A stretch of 64,000 nt of DNA, from NCBI GenBank assembly GCA_002841275.1, contig PHET01000004.1, positions 87,289-151,288 on the forward strand, in the 5' to 3' direction. Numbering within the stretch: position 1 is the stretch's first letter; each line of letters begins with the position of its first letter. The stretch is from Actinobacteria bacterium HGW-Actinobacteria-7 (GTDB taxonomy: Bacteria > Actinomycetota > Coriobacteriia > Anaerosomatales > PHET01). Shown here in pieces: positions 9,462 through 19,118 of the stretch. A program made the translations under genes and the position numbers. The notes under the pieces are model-generated. The model was given only the letters and a program-made list of their open reading frames with translations, was not told where the DNA came from and did not search any database.

Positions 9462-10481
9462 TCATGCGCTGATCCTACTGGTCGCGGCAGTGTGTTGCGG
9501 CACTCTCTCCCAAGCGCCTGACTGCCGAACCCACAGGTGCTCTTCGTGGACTCCGCATCGCTCAACGGCGAACGTGGCGGAGTTGAACTCACCCCATATG
9601 ATGGCGACAAAGTCGCCTTCTCCAACAAAGACCTCGCGATTCGCGAAGTCCAAGTCAGTGGCCAGTCGACAAAAGAACTCGCTGGCTATCCACGTCCCGT
9701 ACTGATGGATTCCAGCGACCACGATTGTCTTGATTCCCTCCGGATCAGTAAGTCGCAGCACAATTGCTGAGTCGGACTGCAGGGCGTCCTGCGCATCGAA
9801 GCGGTCCCCCGGCGCAAGCCCCGCGGCCTCCCTGTATGCGCGCTCGGCCTCAGACGACACTGCGGTCTTGAGTTCACAGATCCACAGTTTCTTCGTCGGA
9901 GAATCGGGAACCTGCCCGCCGTGTTCCCACGCTCTATAGTCATCCGCAAACCAACAGGGAAGGTCAATTCCGTCGAAAGCAGGAATACCGGGGGTTGTGT
10001 CGTCAGTGAGGTCAAGAGCCGGCGCCAACCGGCCGAGTGCTGGGTTTCTCTGCGGAGAACACAGGTACACCGCATCGCCGCGTGTCAGCGGCTCAGCCGC
10101 GCTCACTCCGCCATCCTCCGAGGCCATGAGAACGGGCCAGAAGTCGAGCCTATCTTGCCCCAAGAAGCCTTGAAGCACGTGGAGCGCATTATAGTCCCCG
10201 GCAGGGATGAGTGGGAGTGGCCTCTGCTCATAACGAACGGGGACCACGCACTTGTATCTCCGAGAGCCCTCTTCGTCCAAGGAAAAGAAGTGCCTCACGA
10301 ACTCCTCCCTGACGGCCTCTGCGTCGAGTTTGCGCGCCGTACTGCGGGTATCGAGCCCTATGGCCCTGAGTTGCTCCAGCTGCGCCGCTTGTCTCTTGGC
10401 GACAAACAACGCGACGACTATCGCAGCAATCCCGAGTACTACCGGAATTGCAGCGCCGAGCCAGACCATTAGCGTTCTCAA
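9462..10481 (-). CDS. Hypothetical protein with an N-terminal TM anchor (alternative start 10613)
   Basis: Long ORF with SD (GGGAGGGG) before TTG 10481; single TM helix; globular C-terminus containing LCSPQRN and IVVAGIHQYGT. Confidence 0.6.
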   Translation of the reverse strand: MRTLMVWLGAAIPVVLGIAAIVVALFVAKRQAAQLEQLRAIGLDTRSTARKLDAEAVREEFVRHFFSLDEEGSRRYKCVVPVRYEQRPLPLIPAGDYNALHVLQGFLGQDRLDFWPVLMASEDGGVSAAEPLTRGDAVYLCSPQRNPALGRLAPALDLTDDTTPGIPAFDGIDLPCWFADDYRAWEHGGQVPDSPTKKLWICELKTAVSSEAERAYREAAGLAPGDRFDAQDALQSDSAIVLRLTDPEGIKTIVVAGIHQYGTWIASEFFCRLATDLDFANREVFVGEGDFVAIIWGEFNSATFAVERCGVHEEHLWVRQSGAWERVPQHTAATSRISA

Positions 10482-10877
10482 ATCCCCTCCCCCATCCGAG
10501 CCGAAGCGGTAGCCCGTCCGACCGCACGCGGCCACATCCACGACCCATTCGTGAAGACCCCCCACTGCGCGCGCATCGAGTCCCCCAACACTCCTAGCGT
10601 CAGTATTGAGCATAGTCTCTCACATGCCTCGGCAGCCCAGTATCCCGCGCCCAAGGATCACGGGCTACGCTCATGAGTCGTGCCCCCCTCGCATGCTGCG
10701 CATCCCGCCGGTGCTGGCAATGCGTGCCCGCCGTCGCGCCCCGCTGGAGGCTCCCGTCTCCCTTGAGACATTCAGGGGTAAGACGGATCCGCAACGGCGT
10801 GAATGCTGGATCTCAGATACGCGTTGTCTGAGCATGACGACGTGAGTACGGGGCTTCGGCCTAGCAGAGCGTTCACG

Positions 10878-11894
10878 CTACGCTGCGGTCGAACGAGGCC
10901 TCGCCCACTCTCCCAGGAGCACGCCCCGCACCATCGGTACCTTGGTAATCGCCCATGTGAGCGCAGTCGATGCTGCAATCGTGAACGCGAATGTCGCAAG
11001 AACGCCGGGCACCCCCTCAGCGAAGTGCACGCGCAGGAAGAGCCATTGCGAACAGTAGACACCTAGGGTGAGACGGCCAAGTGAGTCGAGTCGGACCTTG
11101 CGAGCAAGCGGCTCGGCAAACTTCAGGAGCGCTGCCGAGAATCCGATGCCCGGCAACCCGGGGATGAGCTTGGCGAGGCTGTTGCCATAGAGGCCAAATG
11201 ACGGCATGGCGCGCAGTACCGGCACTGCGAACAACGGGTAGAGCAGCAGCGGTGCCCAGCGCATGAGGGGCCGGCCGGGCTCAAGGGTTCGCTTCCACTC
11301 ACCCCATGCATACCCGGCTGCGAAGAAGATCCAATACGTGAGTGTCTTGAGCAGACCGAAATCGGCATCGATTCCCAACCGATCGCGCAACCAGAGCAAC
11401 GCAGCGAAGCCCAGCCATCCGACTGCCGCCATCAGCAACGGCCGCGTGCGAAGGGGGAATAGCACCGCCAGCGCAATCGAGCACAGCAGAAGCGACGGCA
11501 GATACCAGAGACCTGCCGTGGGTGACGCGATCGTCTTGCCCAGATAGCCAGCGAGACCTGACAGCAGCTCGACAGGCGGCTGGTCGCCCAGCGTGCTCGC
11601 GCGAAGCGACAGGAAGAAGACGGCGTGCCACGCGAAGAACGGTACGAGCAGCCTTACCGCACGCTTGCGCAGCCATGCGGGCAGTGAACCACGCACTCGC
11701 CCAGGCAAGACGTATCCGCTCAGGAACATGAACAGCGGCATCTCGAATGCGGTAAGCAGCAGGTAGAGCGAGTTGTCAGCCGGATGGGACGCGTTGCGCA
11801 ACACTGCATGACCCATCACCACGCATGTGATTGCGAACCCCTTGAGCGCGTCGACGGCGAACAGCCGCTGTGAACCCTGAGCCGGCGCGGTCAC
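10878..11894 (-). CDS. Acyltransferase family 3 (OafA-like) membrane O-acyltransferase
   Basis: DALKGFAITCVVMGH, FEMPLFMFLSGY, RLLVPF and LWYLPSL motifs; about 10 TM helices. Confidence 0.88.
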   Translation of the reverse strand: MTAPAQGSQRLFAVDALKGFAITCVVMGHAVLRNASHPADNSLYLLLTAFEMPLFMFLSGYVLPGRVRGSLPAWLRKRAVRLLVPFFAWHAVFFLSLRASTLGDQPPVELLSGLAGYLGKTIASPTAGLWYLPSLLLCSIALAVLFPLRTRPLLMAAVGWLGFAALLWLRDRLGIDADFGLLKTLTYWIFFAAGYAWGEWKRTLEPGRPLMRWAPLLLYPLFAVPVLRAMPSFGLYGNSLAKLIPGLPGIGFSAALLKFAEPLARKVRLDSLGRLTLGVYCSQWLFLRVHFAEGVPGVLATFAFTIAASTALTWAITKVPMVRGVLLGEWARPRSTAA

Positions 11895-11905
11895 CTCGAC
11901 ACTCC

Positions 11906-14419
11906 CTACGGCCTCAGCGCGCAGCGGTCGAGCGTCACGAGCGTCGAACCCGCGACCTCCCGCTGCAACAGCTCTGCGGTCTCGGGATGGCAGGTGAAGA
12001 AGATGACCTGCCGCATTCGCGCCAGCTCTCCTACTGCCAGCGCAGATCCGGAGCGCCGCTCGGGGTCGAAGTTCACCACGACGTCGTCCATCAGGATGGG
12101 CAACATCTTGCCCATTTCCCCCAGCGAGCCGATGAGTCCGACCCTCAGCGCAAGATAGAGCTGCTCCGCGGTCCCCCGCGACAGCTCCTCGGATGACCGC
12201 ACCACCCCCTGCTCCGAGATTACCGATATGCCTGTTCCATCGAGCGGGACGCGCACGTCTCGGTATCGACCGCTGGTCATCGCCGAGAAGACCCGCGCCG
12301 CCGTGCGTACGACCTCCGGTTGCCGCTCTGCCTCGAAACGCTCACGAGCACGGTCGAGCAGCCTCACCGACAGCGCGAGTACGGTATACCGCTCTGCCGC
12401 CTTCACGGCCTCAGTACGCAGCCCCTCGAGCTCCTGACGCGCGCGGGCCATCCGATCGTCGCGCCCTTCGTCGTCGAGACGACCACGGAGGCCCGCAACC
12501 TCATCGGCAAGGGCCTCGTAGGTCCGCCGAACCTCGGCAAGCTCCTCTTCTATCAAGGCAGACTTGTCCTCGAGTTGCGCCAGCGTGTCGGCCGAGTCCA
12601 ACCCGCGCGCATTCGCAATCTCACCTAGGACGGACTGTAGCTGCTCAAGTTGCACTTGAGCCGCACTCTTCTCTGCCTCAAACGAGTGGATTCGCGCCAG
12701 AAGCTGGCTCCGATCGTCACGCACGCTATGGGCCCGCTCGAGCGAAGCGCGTGCGCGCGCCGCCAGTTCGAGCGCCCCGGTGAGGGTGGGGATCTGGCCC
12801 GCAGTGTCATCGAAGCTCTTGACCACATCGACAAGGCGGACGACCCATGCTTCCGCAGCGGTGCGCTCACGTGTCGCCGTCGCCAGATGGGCATCCCTAG
12901 TGGCTGCCAAGCGGCGGCGTTCCTGCGCTGCCGCCAGAAGCTCGCGGACGGCCACAGGGTCCTCTCCCCAATCGACGAGCCCCCGCGCCTCGAGCCACGA
13001 CTTCCACTCGGACTCCAGTCGCTGCACCGTGTCGGCCGCCTCTGTAGCGACCTGCCTCTGCGCCAAGGCTTCGGTCTTCAAGCGCGCCGATTCGGCACTC
13101 AGCGATGCCACCGGTGAACTCGCAACCGGACGGCGCACTAGCAGAAGGGCACCCGCGACGACCACGAGCGCGCCCAGACCGGTGGCTATCCACTGCGCCG
13201 TCAGAACCCCCGCCACCGCCGAGCCGACTCCAACCACAACGGCCGCGATGCCGGCAGCCAGCGGCCGCCTTGTTCGAGCGTCACCCTGATGCTGCTCCTG
13301 TTCGAGCTGGGCGGCCTGCTGTGCACGCGCCTCGGCCTGCTGCGCTGAACGGTTCTCCGAGTCGCTGACCCGACGAGCATCGCTCAGCTGATCGCGCCAG
13401 CGCTCGACCGCCGCACGGTCCTCCGCCGAATCGGCGATGGTCTCGGGCACCGCGGGCAGTGCCGCAATCGTCCGATCAACCGATGTCGCATCTGCATCCG
13501 CAACTGCCAACGCATCAACTCGCGCCCTGAAACCGGATGTCTCATCGAGTACGGAGTTCAAGGCGGGTCCTGCCGCGAGCAGACGCTCGTCGACATCGAT
13601 GAGTTCCGCGCTCCGCCGAGCATCGCCGATGCTCTTGTCCAGTTCCGCCACCGAATCACGCACGTCAGCCATCTGCTTGGCTACGGCCTGGACCTGCTGG
13701 AGGTCACGGGCCAGCGCCCGCGCTGCGGAATCAGCCTCGTCACGCTGCTGCTTCAGCGGCAACAGCCTCTCGCTGAGTTCGTTCAGCCGCAGTTGCTCTG
13801 CCGCATAGCTCGCGGCCTCAGACTCCAGCGCCCGGATGTGCTCCCTCAGGCTCTTGATGCTCGCTGCCAGGGCGTTGAGTTGCGGCTTGCTCGCTCGAGG
13901 CGAGTAGATCTCGCTCGCGAGCGCCTCCACCTGTCTGCGGACGTCGATCGGGTTGACCTCGAGCCCCGTTCCGGCAGCGTAGAGCCGCGCCACAACGCCT
14001 GCGCTCTCGGCACTTCCTATCTGCGCCAGCTCGTCGAGGCCGAATCCGAACACGACCCGAAATGTCTGCTCACTCACCCCGCCCACGATCTCATCCAGCA
14101 ATCCTGGGCGCTCCGGGCCGCTGAGGGCGATCACCTTGTACGGCCCTCGCTTGGGGCCTTCGGTGCGCTCGATCGCCCACGTTCCAGCACTGTCCGAGAA
14201 GACCAGACGGGCGGCCCTGCCGCCGGACGGCGGCAGATAGCCGTTCTCCTTGGCATTGGCGTACGGGTAGCCATAGAGCACGTGTCGTGTGAGCGCCGTG
14301 AAGGTGGACTTCCCGGACTCGTTGGGCCCCAAGACCACGGTGAGCCCGGCGCCTAAGTCCGCCAGACACCCATTCTCCAGTGCACCGTAGCGGAGCGCTT
14401 CGATGTTGGTGAGGGTCAT
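11906..14419 (-). CDS. YhaN-like SMC/Rad50-type AAA ATPase with long coiled coil
   Basis: Walker A GPNESGKST, signature LSRGTAEQLYLALR, Walker B ILMDD, FFTCH. Start at MTLTNIE overlaps the upstream gene's stop. Confidence 0.85.
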   Translation of the reverse strand: MTLTNIEALRYGALENGCLADLGAGLTVVLGPNESGKSTFTALTRHVLYGYPYANAKENGYLPPSGGRAARLVFSDSAGTWAIERTEGPKRGPYKVIALSGPERPGLLDEIVGGVSEQTFRVVFGFGLDELAQIGSAESAGVVARLYAAGTGLEVNPIDVRRQVEALASEIYSPRASKPQLNALAASIKSLREHIRALESEAASYAAEQLRLNELSERLLPLKQQRDEADSAARALARDLQQVQAVAKQMADVRDSVAELDKSIGDARRSAELIDVDERLLAAGPALNSVLDETSGFRARVDALAVADADATSVDRTIAALPAVPETIADSAEDRAAVERWRDQLSDARRVSDSENRSAQQAEARAQQAAQLEQEQHQGDARTRRPLAAGIAAVVVGVGSAVAGVLTAQWIATGLGALVVVAGALLLVRRPVASSPVASLSAESARLKTEALAQRQVATEAADTVQRLESEWKSWLEARGLVDWGEDPVAVRELLAAAQERRRLAATRDAHLATATRERTAAEAWVVRLVDVVKSFDDTAGQIPTLTGALELAARARASLERAHSVRDDRSQLLARIHSFEAEKSAAQVQLEQLQSVLGEIANARGLDSADTLAQLEDKSALIEEELAEVRRTYEALADEVAGLRGRLDDEGRDDRMARARQELEGLRTEAVKAAERYTVLALSVRLLDRARERFEAERQPEVVRTAARVFSAMTSGRYRDVRVPLDGTGISVISEQGVVRSSEELSRGTAEQLYLALRVGLIGSLGEMGKMLPILMDDVVVNFDPERRSGSALAVGELARMRQVIFFTCHPETAELLQREVAGSTLVTLDRCALRP

Positions 14420-15675
14420 CGGCCGTCCCCCCCACCGAGAAGTTGATCCAGTGCGATATCCCGCGCCTGTTCGAGTACGAGAATGGGGTCTGCGCTCGAT
14501 TCGTAGCCCCCCAGGGTCGTCGCAAGCGGCGCCGTGATCTGGCCGAGCAGCTGTTGGACCGCATCCGGGTCTTCCGCCAGTTCGTCGGTGATGCGCAGGA
14601 GTTCTGCAGCGAAGTCCGGACCGCTGCGCACCTCGTCGAGATCGATGGCACCGGCGGTTCGAACGTCGAGCCGGTCGACCCACACCCATGGTGTTGCCGA
14701 GGACTGCTCGGAACGGAGCTCAGCCAGCAGGGCATCGAGCACACCGGGGCGCACGAGATCGGCATGCGCCGCAGTCCTGCCCACCAGCGCGATTCTTGTC
14801 ACCACGGCGCGCTCATCGGCCTGCTCTCGAAGCCGCGCACAGGCGTCGGTCAGGAGATTCTGAACCGACTGCAAATCAGCTGCGTCCGAAAGGTCGATTT
14901 GCTCGGCCGCCCAGACCACCGGCGCGGTCTCGATGTGCTGAGCACTGACTACCCCGCTTCGCCCCACCTCAACAAGCATGCATCCATGAACGCCTGTTTC
15001 CTTGGGATTCAGCCCTTGGGGACTGCCTGCGTACACGATCCAGGGGTCTCGTGCGAGAACTTCATGCTTGTGGATGTGACCGAGTGCCCAGTAGTCCATG
15101 TGCCCTGCGCGCAGTTCCTCGAGCGTAGCCGGGGCATACGGGTCGTACTCCGGGTCGCCACCGACGTTGGCGTGCAGCACTCCGATCGCGATCGGGTCCG
15201 CCGGATCGCGCCTGTAGCCTTCGGCGAATCCGGCGGTCTCTGCGGCCTTGCCAAAGCTGCGTCCGTACACCGCCGCCACGACCTCGCCCGCGCGGCAGAA
15301 CTCAAGACGCTCGACGCGGCCGGCCGAGAACACCCGCACGCTCTGGGGCAGGGCAAGACCCGCGGACCACCCGCTGACAGGGTCGTGGTTCCCGTGCGCT
15401 ATGAACGCCGCGATGCCTGCGCCAGCCAGGCGCTGCATCTCTCGCCGGAAGACGAGCTGCGCACGAAGGCTCTTGTCGGCACTGTTGTAGGCATCGCCCG
15501 CGATCAGAAGGAAGTCCACCTCGTGTTCGAGGCACACGTCAACGACCCGCGTGAATGCCTGGTAGGTCGCCTGCGCAAGCGCGGCCCCCACGCGCTCATC
15601 ATCGGCGGTGACCCCCTGGAACGGCGCGTCGAGATGCAAGTCTGCGGCGTGCACGAATCTCACGCTATCGGCCAC
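14416..15675 (-). CDS. YhaO-like Mre11/SbcD family metallophosphoesterase/exonuclease
   Basis: AADLHLD, AGD, GNHD and ALGHIH motifs. Confidence 0.88.
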   Translation of the reverse strand: MADSVRFVHAADLHLDAPFQGVTADDERVGAALAQATYQAFTRVVDVCLEHEVDFLLIAGDAYNSADKSLRAQLVFRREMQRLAGAGIAAFIAHGNHDPVSGWSAGLALPQSVRVFSAGRVERLEFCRAGEVVAAVYGRSFGKAAETAGFAEGYRRDPADPIAIGVLHANVGGDPEYDPYAPATLEELRAGHMDYWALGHIHKHEVLARDPWIVYAGSPQGLNPKETGVHGCMLVEVGRSGVVSAQHIETAPVVWAAEQIDLSDAADLQSVQNLLTDACARLREQADERAVVTRIALVGRTAAHADLVRPGVLDALLAELRSEQSSATPWVWVDRLDVRTAGAIDLDEVRSGPDFAAELLRITDELAEDPDAVQQLLGQITAPLATTLGGYESSADPILVLEQARDIALDQLLGGGDGR

Positions 15676-15778
15676 GAGTCCTCATTTCCCCTCGGAATCG
15701 GGCGTGCGAGAGGGGTTCGCACGCCACACGACCACGCTACCACGCGGGTCTGACATCGACCACGCTCAGACACACTCC

Positions 15779-16528
15779 TCAGCGCCCGGCGCTGCGCCAC
15801 CTCGTGACACGTGCCTCAAGCGCATCGAGCAGTTCGTAGAGCACGACACCCAAGAGGGCCATCGCGAGAATGCCCGCGAACATCGAGGGATAGTCGATTC
15901 GGCCCCACGCGTCCACGATGTACCAGCCGATCCCGTTGCTTCCCGCGATCGACTCGGCCAGGAACAGCACGGCGATCGCGGTACCGGTGCCGATGCGCAG
16001 GGCGGTGAATATCTCGGGCAACGCCGCCGGCACCACCACGTGGCGCGCAACCTGCCAGCGACTCGCGCCCAGCGACCTCACCGACAGCACGCTCGCGTGC
16101 GGGACCGCCTTGGCCGCATCGCGCGCGGTCACGAGGATCTGGAAGAACACGATCATGCCGATAAGCGCGATCTTGGGTGCGTTACCCAGCCCCAGCAGCA
16201 CGAGCAGCACCGGAAGGAACACGACTTTGGGTACGGGGTACGTGAGGAATACCAGCGGGGCGAAGACCGCATCAGCACGAGCCGATCGTCCCAGTGCGAG
16301 CCCGGTCGGAACCGCAAGCGCGGTGCCCAGTGCCATCGCTACCAGCACACGAGCGAGCGACACCAGCGTCTCGGGCCATAGCTGCGGCCATACCGTGACG
16401 AATGCCGTGAGTGCCACAACCGGTCCCGGCAGAGCCGGCGACCCCACGGCCAGCGCAAGCGCCCACCAACCGACGAGCAGCACCACCGTCGCTCCGACGT
16501 AGCCGGCAGCCCGGCGCACGGCGCTCAC
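15779..16528 (-). CDS. ABC transporter permease (NitT/TauT/SsuC type)
   Basis: Six TM helices; EAA-like loop SVRSLGASRWQ; PAALPEIF. Confidence 0.88.
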   Translation of the reverse strand: MSAVRRAAGYVGATVVLLVGWWALALAVGSPALPGPVVALTAFVTVWPQLWPETLVSLARVLVAMALGTALAVPTGLALGRSARADAVFAPLVFLTYPVPKVVFLPVLLVLLGLGNAPKIALIGMIVFFQILVTARDAAKAVPHASVLSVRSLGASRWQVARHVVVPAALPEIFTALRIGTGTAIAVLFLAESIAGSNGIGWYIVDAWGRIDYPSMFAGILAMALLGVVLYELLDALEARVTRWRSAGR

Positions 16529-17325
16529 GACTCCGCCCGCACAGGAATCTCGGGCGCCGTCCCCGGATGCACGGCGCCCTCACCCGCCAGCAGCCCACGC
16601 AACTGTGCGCACCGCTCATAGAACGCGGGGCTCGAACGGTACCCAGCGGTCCCCATCGCCGGGTTGTCGACCACCGCGGACAGGCGCCCGGGACGCGGCG
16701 ACAGCACGACGATCCTGCGACCCAGGTACACCGCCTCTTCAATCGAGTGTGTCACCAGCACGGCAGTATGACCGCGGCGCTGCCACAGTCCCAGCAACAC
16801 ATCCTGGAGGTCTTCTCGGGTAAGCGCATCAAGCGCCGAGAGGGGCTCATCCATCAGCAGCAGATCCGCGTCGAGCGCGACCGCCCGTGCGAGCGCGAGC
16901 CGCTGGCGCATGCCGCCGGACAGTTCGCCGGGATACGCGCGGGCGAAATCCGCGATGCCCACGCGCTCGAGCGCCTCGGCCACGAGAGTTCTGCGTTCAT
17001 CACGCGACACCCCGCGCAGTTCGAGTCCCAGACCGGCGTTGTCCGCGACCGTCTTCCAGGGCAGCAACCCGTAGTCCTGCAAGATGAGCGCCGTCGCGCG
17101 CCTGACGCCCACGACCTGCGCGCCGCCCACCTCGACATGTCCTTCAGAAGGAGTGAGTAGCCCGGCTGCCAGCAGGAGCATCGTCGACTTGCCGCAGCCG
17201 CTGGGCCCGATCACCGCGACCGGCTCGCCGGGCATCACCTCGAGCGTGAGCGCGTCGAGGGCCCGGACCGCTCGGCCCGAGCCCTCGTACGTGAGTGACA
17301 CGTTATGAAACGCGAGTGAGACCAT
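16525..17325 (-). CDS. ABC transporter ATP-binding protein (NitT/TauT type)
   Basis: GPSGCGKST, LSGGMRQR, LLMDEP and VTH motifs. Start moved to MVSLAF. Confidence 0.9.
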   Translation of the reverse strand: MVSLAFHNVSLTYEGSGRAVRALDALTLEVMPGEPVAVIGPSGCGKSTMLLLAAGLLTPSEGHVEVGGAQVVGVRRATALILQDYGLLPWKTVADNAGLGLELRGVSRDERRTLVAEALERVGIADFARAYPGELSGGMRQRLALARAVALDADLLLMDEPLSALDALTREDLQDVLLGLWQRRGHTAVLVTHSIEEAVYLGRRIVVLSPRPGRLSAVVDNPAMGTAGYRSSPAFYERCAQLRGLLAGEGAVHPGTAPEIPVRAES

Positions 17326-17336
17326 GCCCGCCTTCG

Positions 17337-18335
17337 CTACTTGGCATCCACGAGGTCGGCATAGGTCACGTCGGCCTTCAGGTAACCCTTTTCGCGCATC
17401 CACGACAGCACCGAATCGACCTGTACCTGCGTGGGCGGTCCGGCCAGCGGATACGTGTTCACCTTGTAGGTCTTGGCCAGCGGCTCGGGCAGGCGCGCCT
17501 TGTCCACGAGCTCGGCGCGGTACTGCTCGGGCTCCATGTTGATGTTGCCCACGGCCACGTCCCACGCCTTGAGTACCGCAGTCGCCGCCTCGCGGCCGCC
17601 CTCCTTGGCAAGATAGGCATCCGAGAAGACCAGTACCGTCTGCGAGAGGTTGGCCTTCGACTTCGTGTCGTCGCCCACCACATTCGCGCCGCCCATCTCG
17701 GCGAGCGTAACGAACGGCTCCGGAAGCGCTGCGGCCTTGAGCTTGCCTGCCATCAGCAGCTCAAAGCGAACGGGAACCTTCTTGACCTCTTCGACTGCGA
17801 CTCCGTCTGTCGCGACCCCCGCCTCACCCATGAGCCCGTCGAGCACGTACTCCTGGATGGTTGCCGAGGAGGTCCCCACCGGCACGCCCTTCAGCTGGGC
17901 GAGCGATGTGACCTTGCTCTTGGGCGGCACGACGACAGCGAACCGGCCCTGGCTCTGGTCGGCGCCCAGCATGACCGTCTCGATGGTATTGGGAGCGCCG
18001 CCGGCCTCGAGGTTGGCAGCCGCGATGATGTCGCCCATGAACGCGTCGATTGCGCCCGAAGCGAACGCAGCGTCGCGCTCCTGCGCGCTCTGGAAACTCA
18101 CGATCTCGACCGACATCAGACCGTTGGTGCCGAAGTAGCCCATCTTCTCTGCGACCCACAACGGCAGCGAGTCCTCGGTAGGCAGGGTGCCGATCTTCAC
18201 CGCCGCCGGCTTGACGGCAGCTGCGGGCTTCTCGGCAATAGGCGCAGCTTTGGGTGCCGAACAGCCGCTCACCAGCAGAGTGGTGGCGAGTGAAGCGGCG
18301 AACAGGGCGCGCGCAATTGAGGCGCGTCGGGTCAT
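17337..18335 (-). CDS. ABC transporter substrate-binding lipoprotein (SsuA/THI5-like)
   Basis: Lipobox LLVSGC; PLWVAEKMGYF; periplasmic binding protein type 2 pattern. Confidence 0.85.
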   Translation of the reverse strand: MTRRASIARALFAASLATTLLVSGCSAPKAAPIAEKPAAAVKPAAVKIGTLPTEDSLPLWVAEKMGYFGTNGLMSVEIVSFQSAQERDAAFASGAIDAFMGDIIAAANLEAGGAPNTIETVMLGADQSQGRFAVVVPPKSKVTSLAQLKGVPVGTSSATIQEYVLDGLMGEAGVATDGVAVEEVKKVPVRFELLMAGKLKAAALPEPFVTLAEMGGANVVGDDTKSKANLSQTVLVFSDAYLAKEGGREAATAVLKAWDVAVGNINMEPEQYRAELVDKARLPEPLAKTYKVNTYPLAGPPTQVQVDSVLSWMREKGYLKADVTYADLVDAK

Positions 18336-18361
18336 GGTGACTCCTTTCGGGCGGGTCGCTT

Positions 18362-18964
18362 CTAGCGGTTGCATACGTTGCGGCGCAGCCGGATCTCGTC
18401 TCGGACAGGAATCGCCGAGAATCCCGGCGACGCTGAACCAAAGCGATCGGCCGCCTCTCCCACAGCGACTTCGTAGATCGCGAAGCCGTGGCGCTGGTAG
18501 AAGTAGAGCAGCGGGATATCATCATTGGTGACGGCGACGCGGAGCGAGGCGAGATTGCGCTTGGCGGCAAGGTCGTTGGCCGCGTCGATAAGTGCCGCGC
18601 CCACGCCCGTGCCCTGATGCTCGGGATAGACCGACGTGAGCACGACGGTGATCTCGCCACCAAAGACCGCGGTGGACATCAGGCCTATCAGCTGCCCGCC
18701 TGACTCCGCCAGCAGGTTGATGCCATCGAGCACGTCGAACGTCGACCCGAAGACATCGGTCACCGTCTCGCCCAGGGCCTGGTCGCAGATCCGCTCGATA
18801 GCCGATCGGTCCGCCGCCGTGGCGGTGCGCACTGAGAACTCGACCGGGTTCTTCTGGGTATGGCCGGCGCAGGTCACCGTCATGCGCGCCTCGCCAACCG
18901 GGAGATCCTTGCCGCACTCAGGGCAGCGGTAATGAGGATAGGGAAGGTCGAAATCAGCGTTCAT
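18362..18964 (-). CDS. GNAT N-acetyltransferase with N-terminal Zn-ribbon
   Basis: CPEC...CAGH; motif A VYPEHQGTGVG; TNDD...FYQRHGF. Confidence 0.8.
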   Translation of the reverse strand: MNADFDLPYPHYRCPECGKDLPVGEARMTVTCAGHTQKNPVEFSVRTATAADRSAIERICDQALGETVTDVFGSTFDVLDGINLLAESGGQLIGLMSTAVFGGEITVVLTSVYPEHQGTGVGAALIDAANDLAAKRNLASLRVAVTNDDIPLLYFYQRHGFAIYEVAVGEAADRFGSASPGFSAIPVRDEIRLRRNVCNR

Positions 18965-19118
18965 GGATTACTCCAGGGGTTCGTAGTGCGGAATACTGCC
19001 CACGGGAGCATTCCCGTGCGACTCCCCTGTTATACCGTTTCACGCCCTCTTTAGTAAGGACGCACGAGCAACCGCTCGGCAAGCGGCGCTTCAAAGTGCC
19101 CTCGGCTACAATCAGCGT

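Noticed and set aside
2102..9628. Long alternative-frame and antisense ORFs over the cco operon (e.g. 2102-3397, 3743-5005, 7538-8884)
   Set aside because: Shadow ORFs expected in high-GC DNA. They are Arg/Ala/Pro-rich, have no motifs and overlap well-supported genes.
10690..10870. Small hairpins in the intergenic region (e.g. CTCAGA...TCTGAG) as an ncRNA
   Set aside because: No recognisable family motif; such hairpins are expected by chance at this GC content.
14443..15753. 436-aa plus-strand ORF, and similar ORFs at 22516-23709, 36702-37781 and 51363-52679
   Set aside because: Antisense to clear genes; no independent coding evidence.
19037..19044. GTTTCACG half-site (also GTGAAAC at 20541)
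   Set aside because: Only half of the parS palindrome is present.
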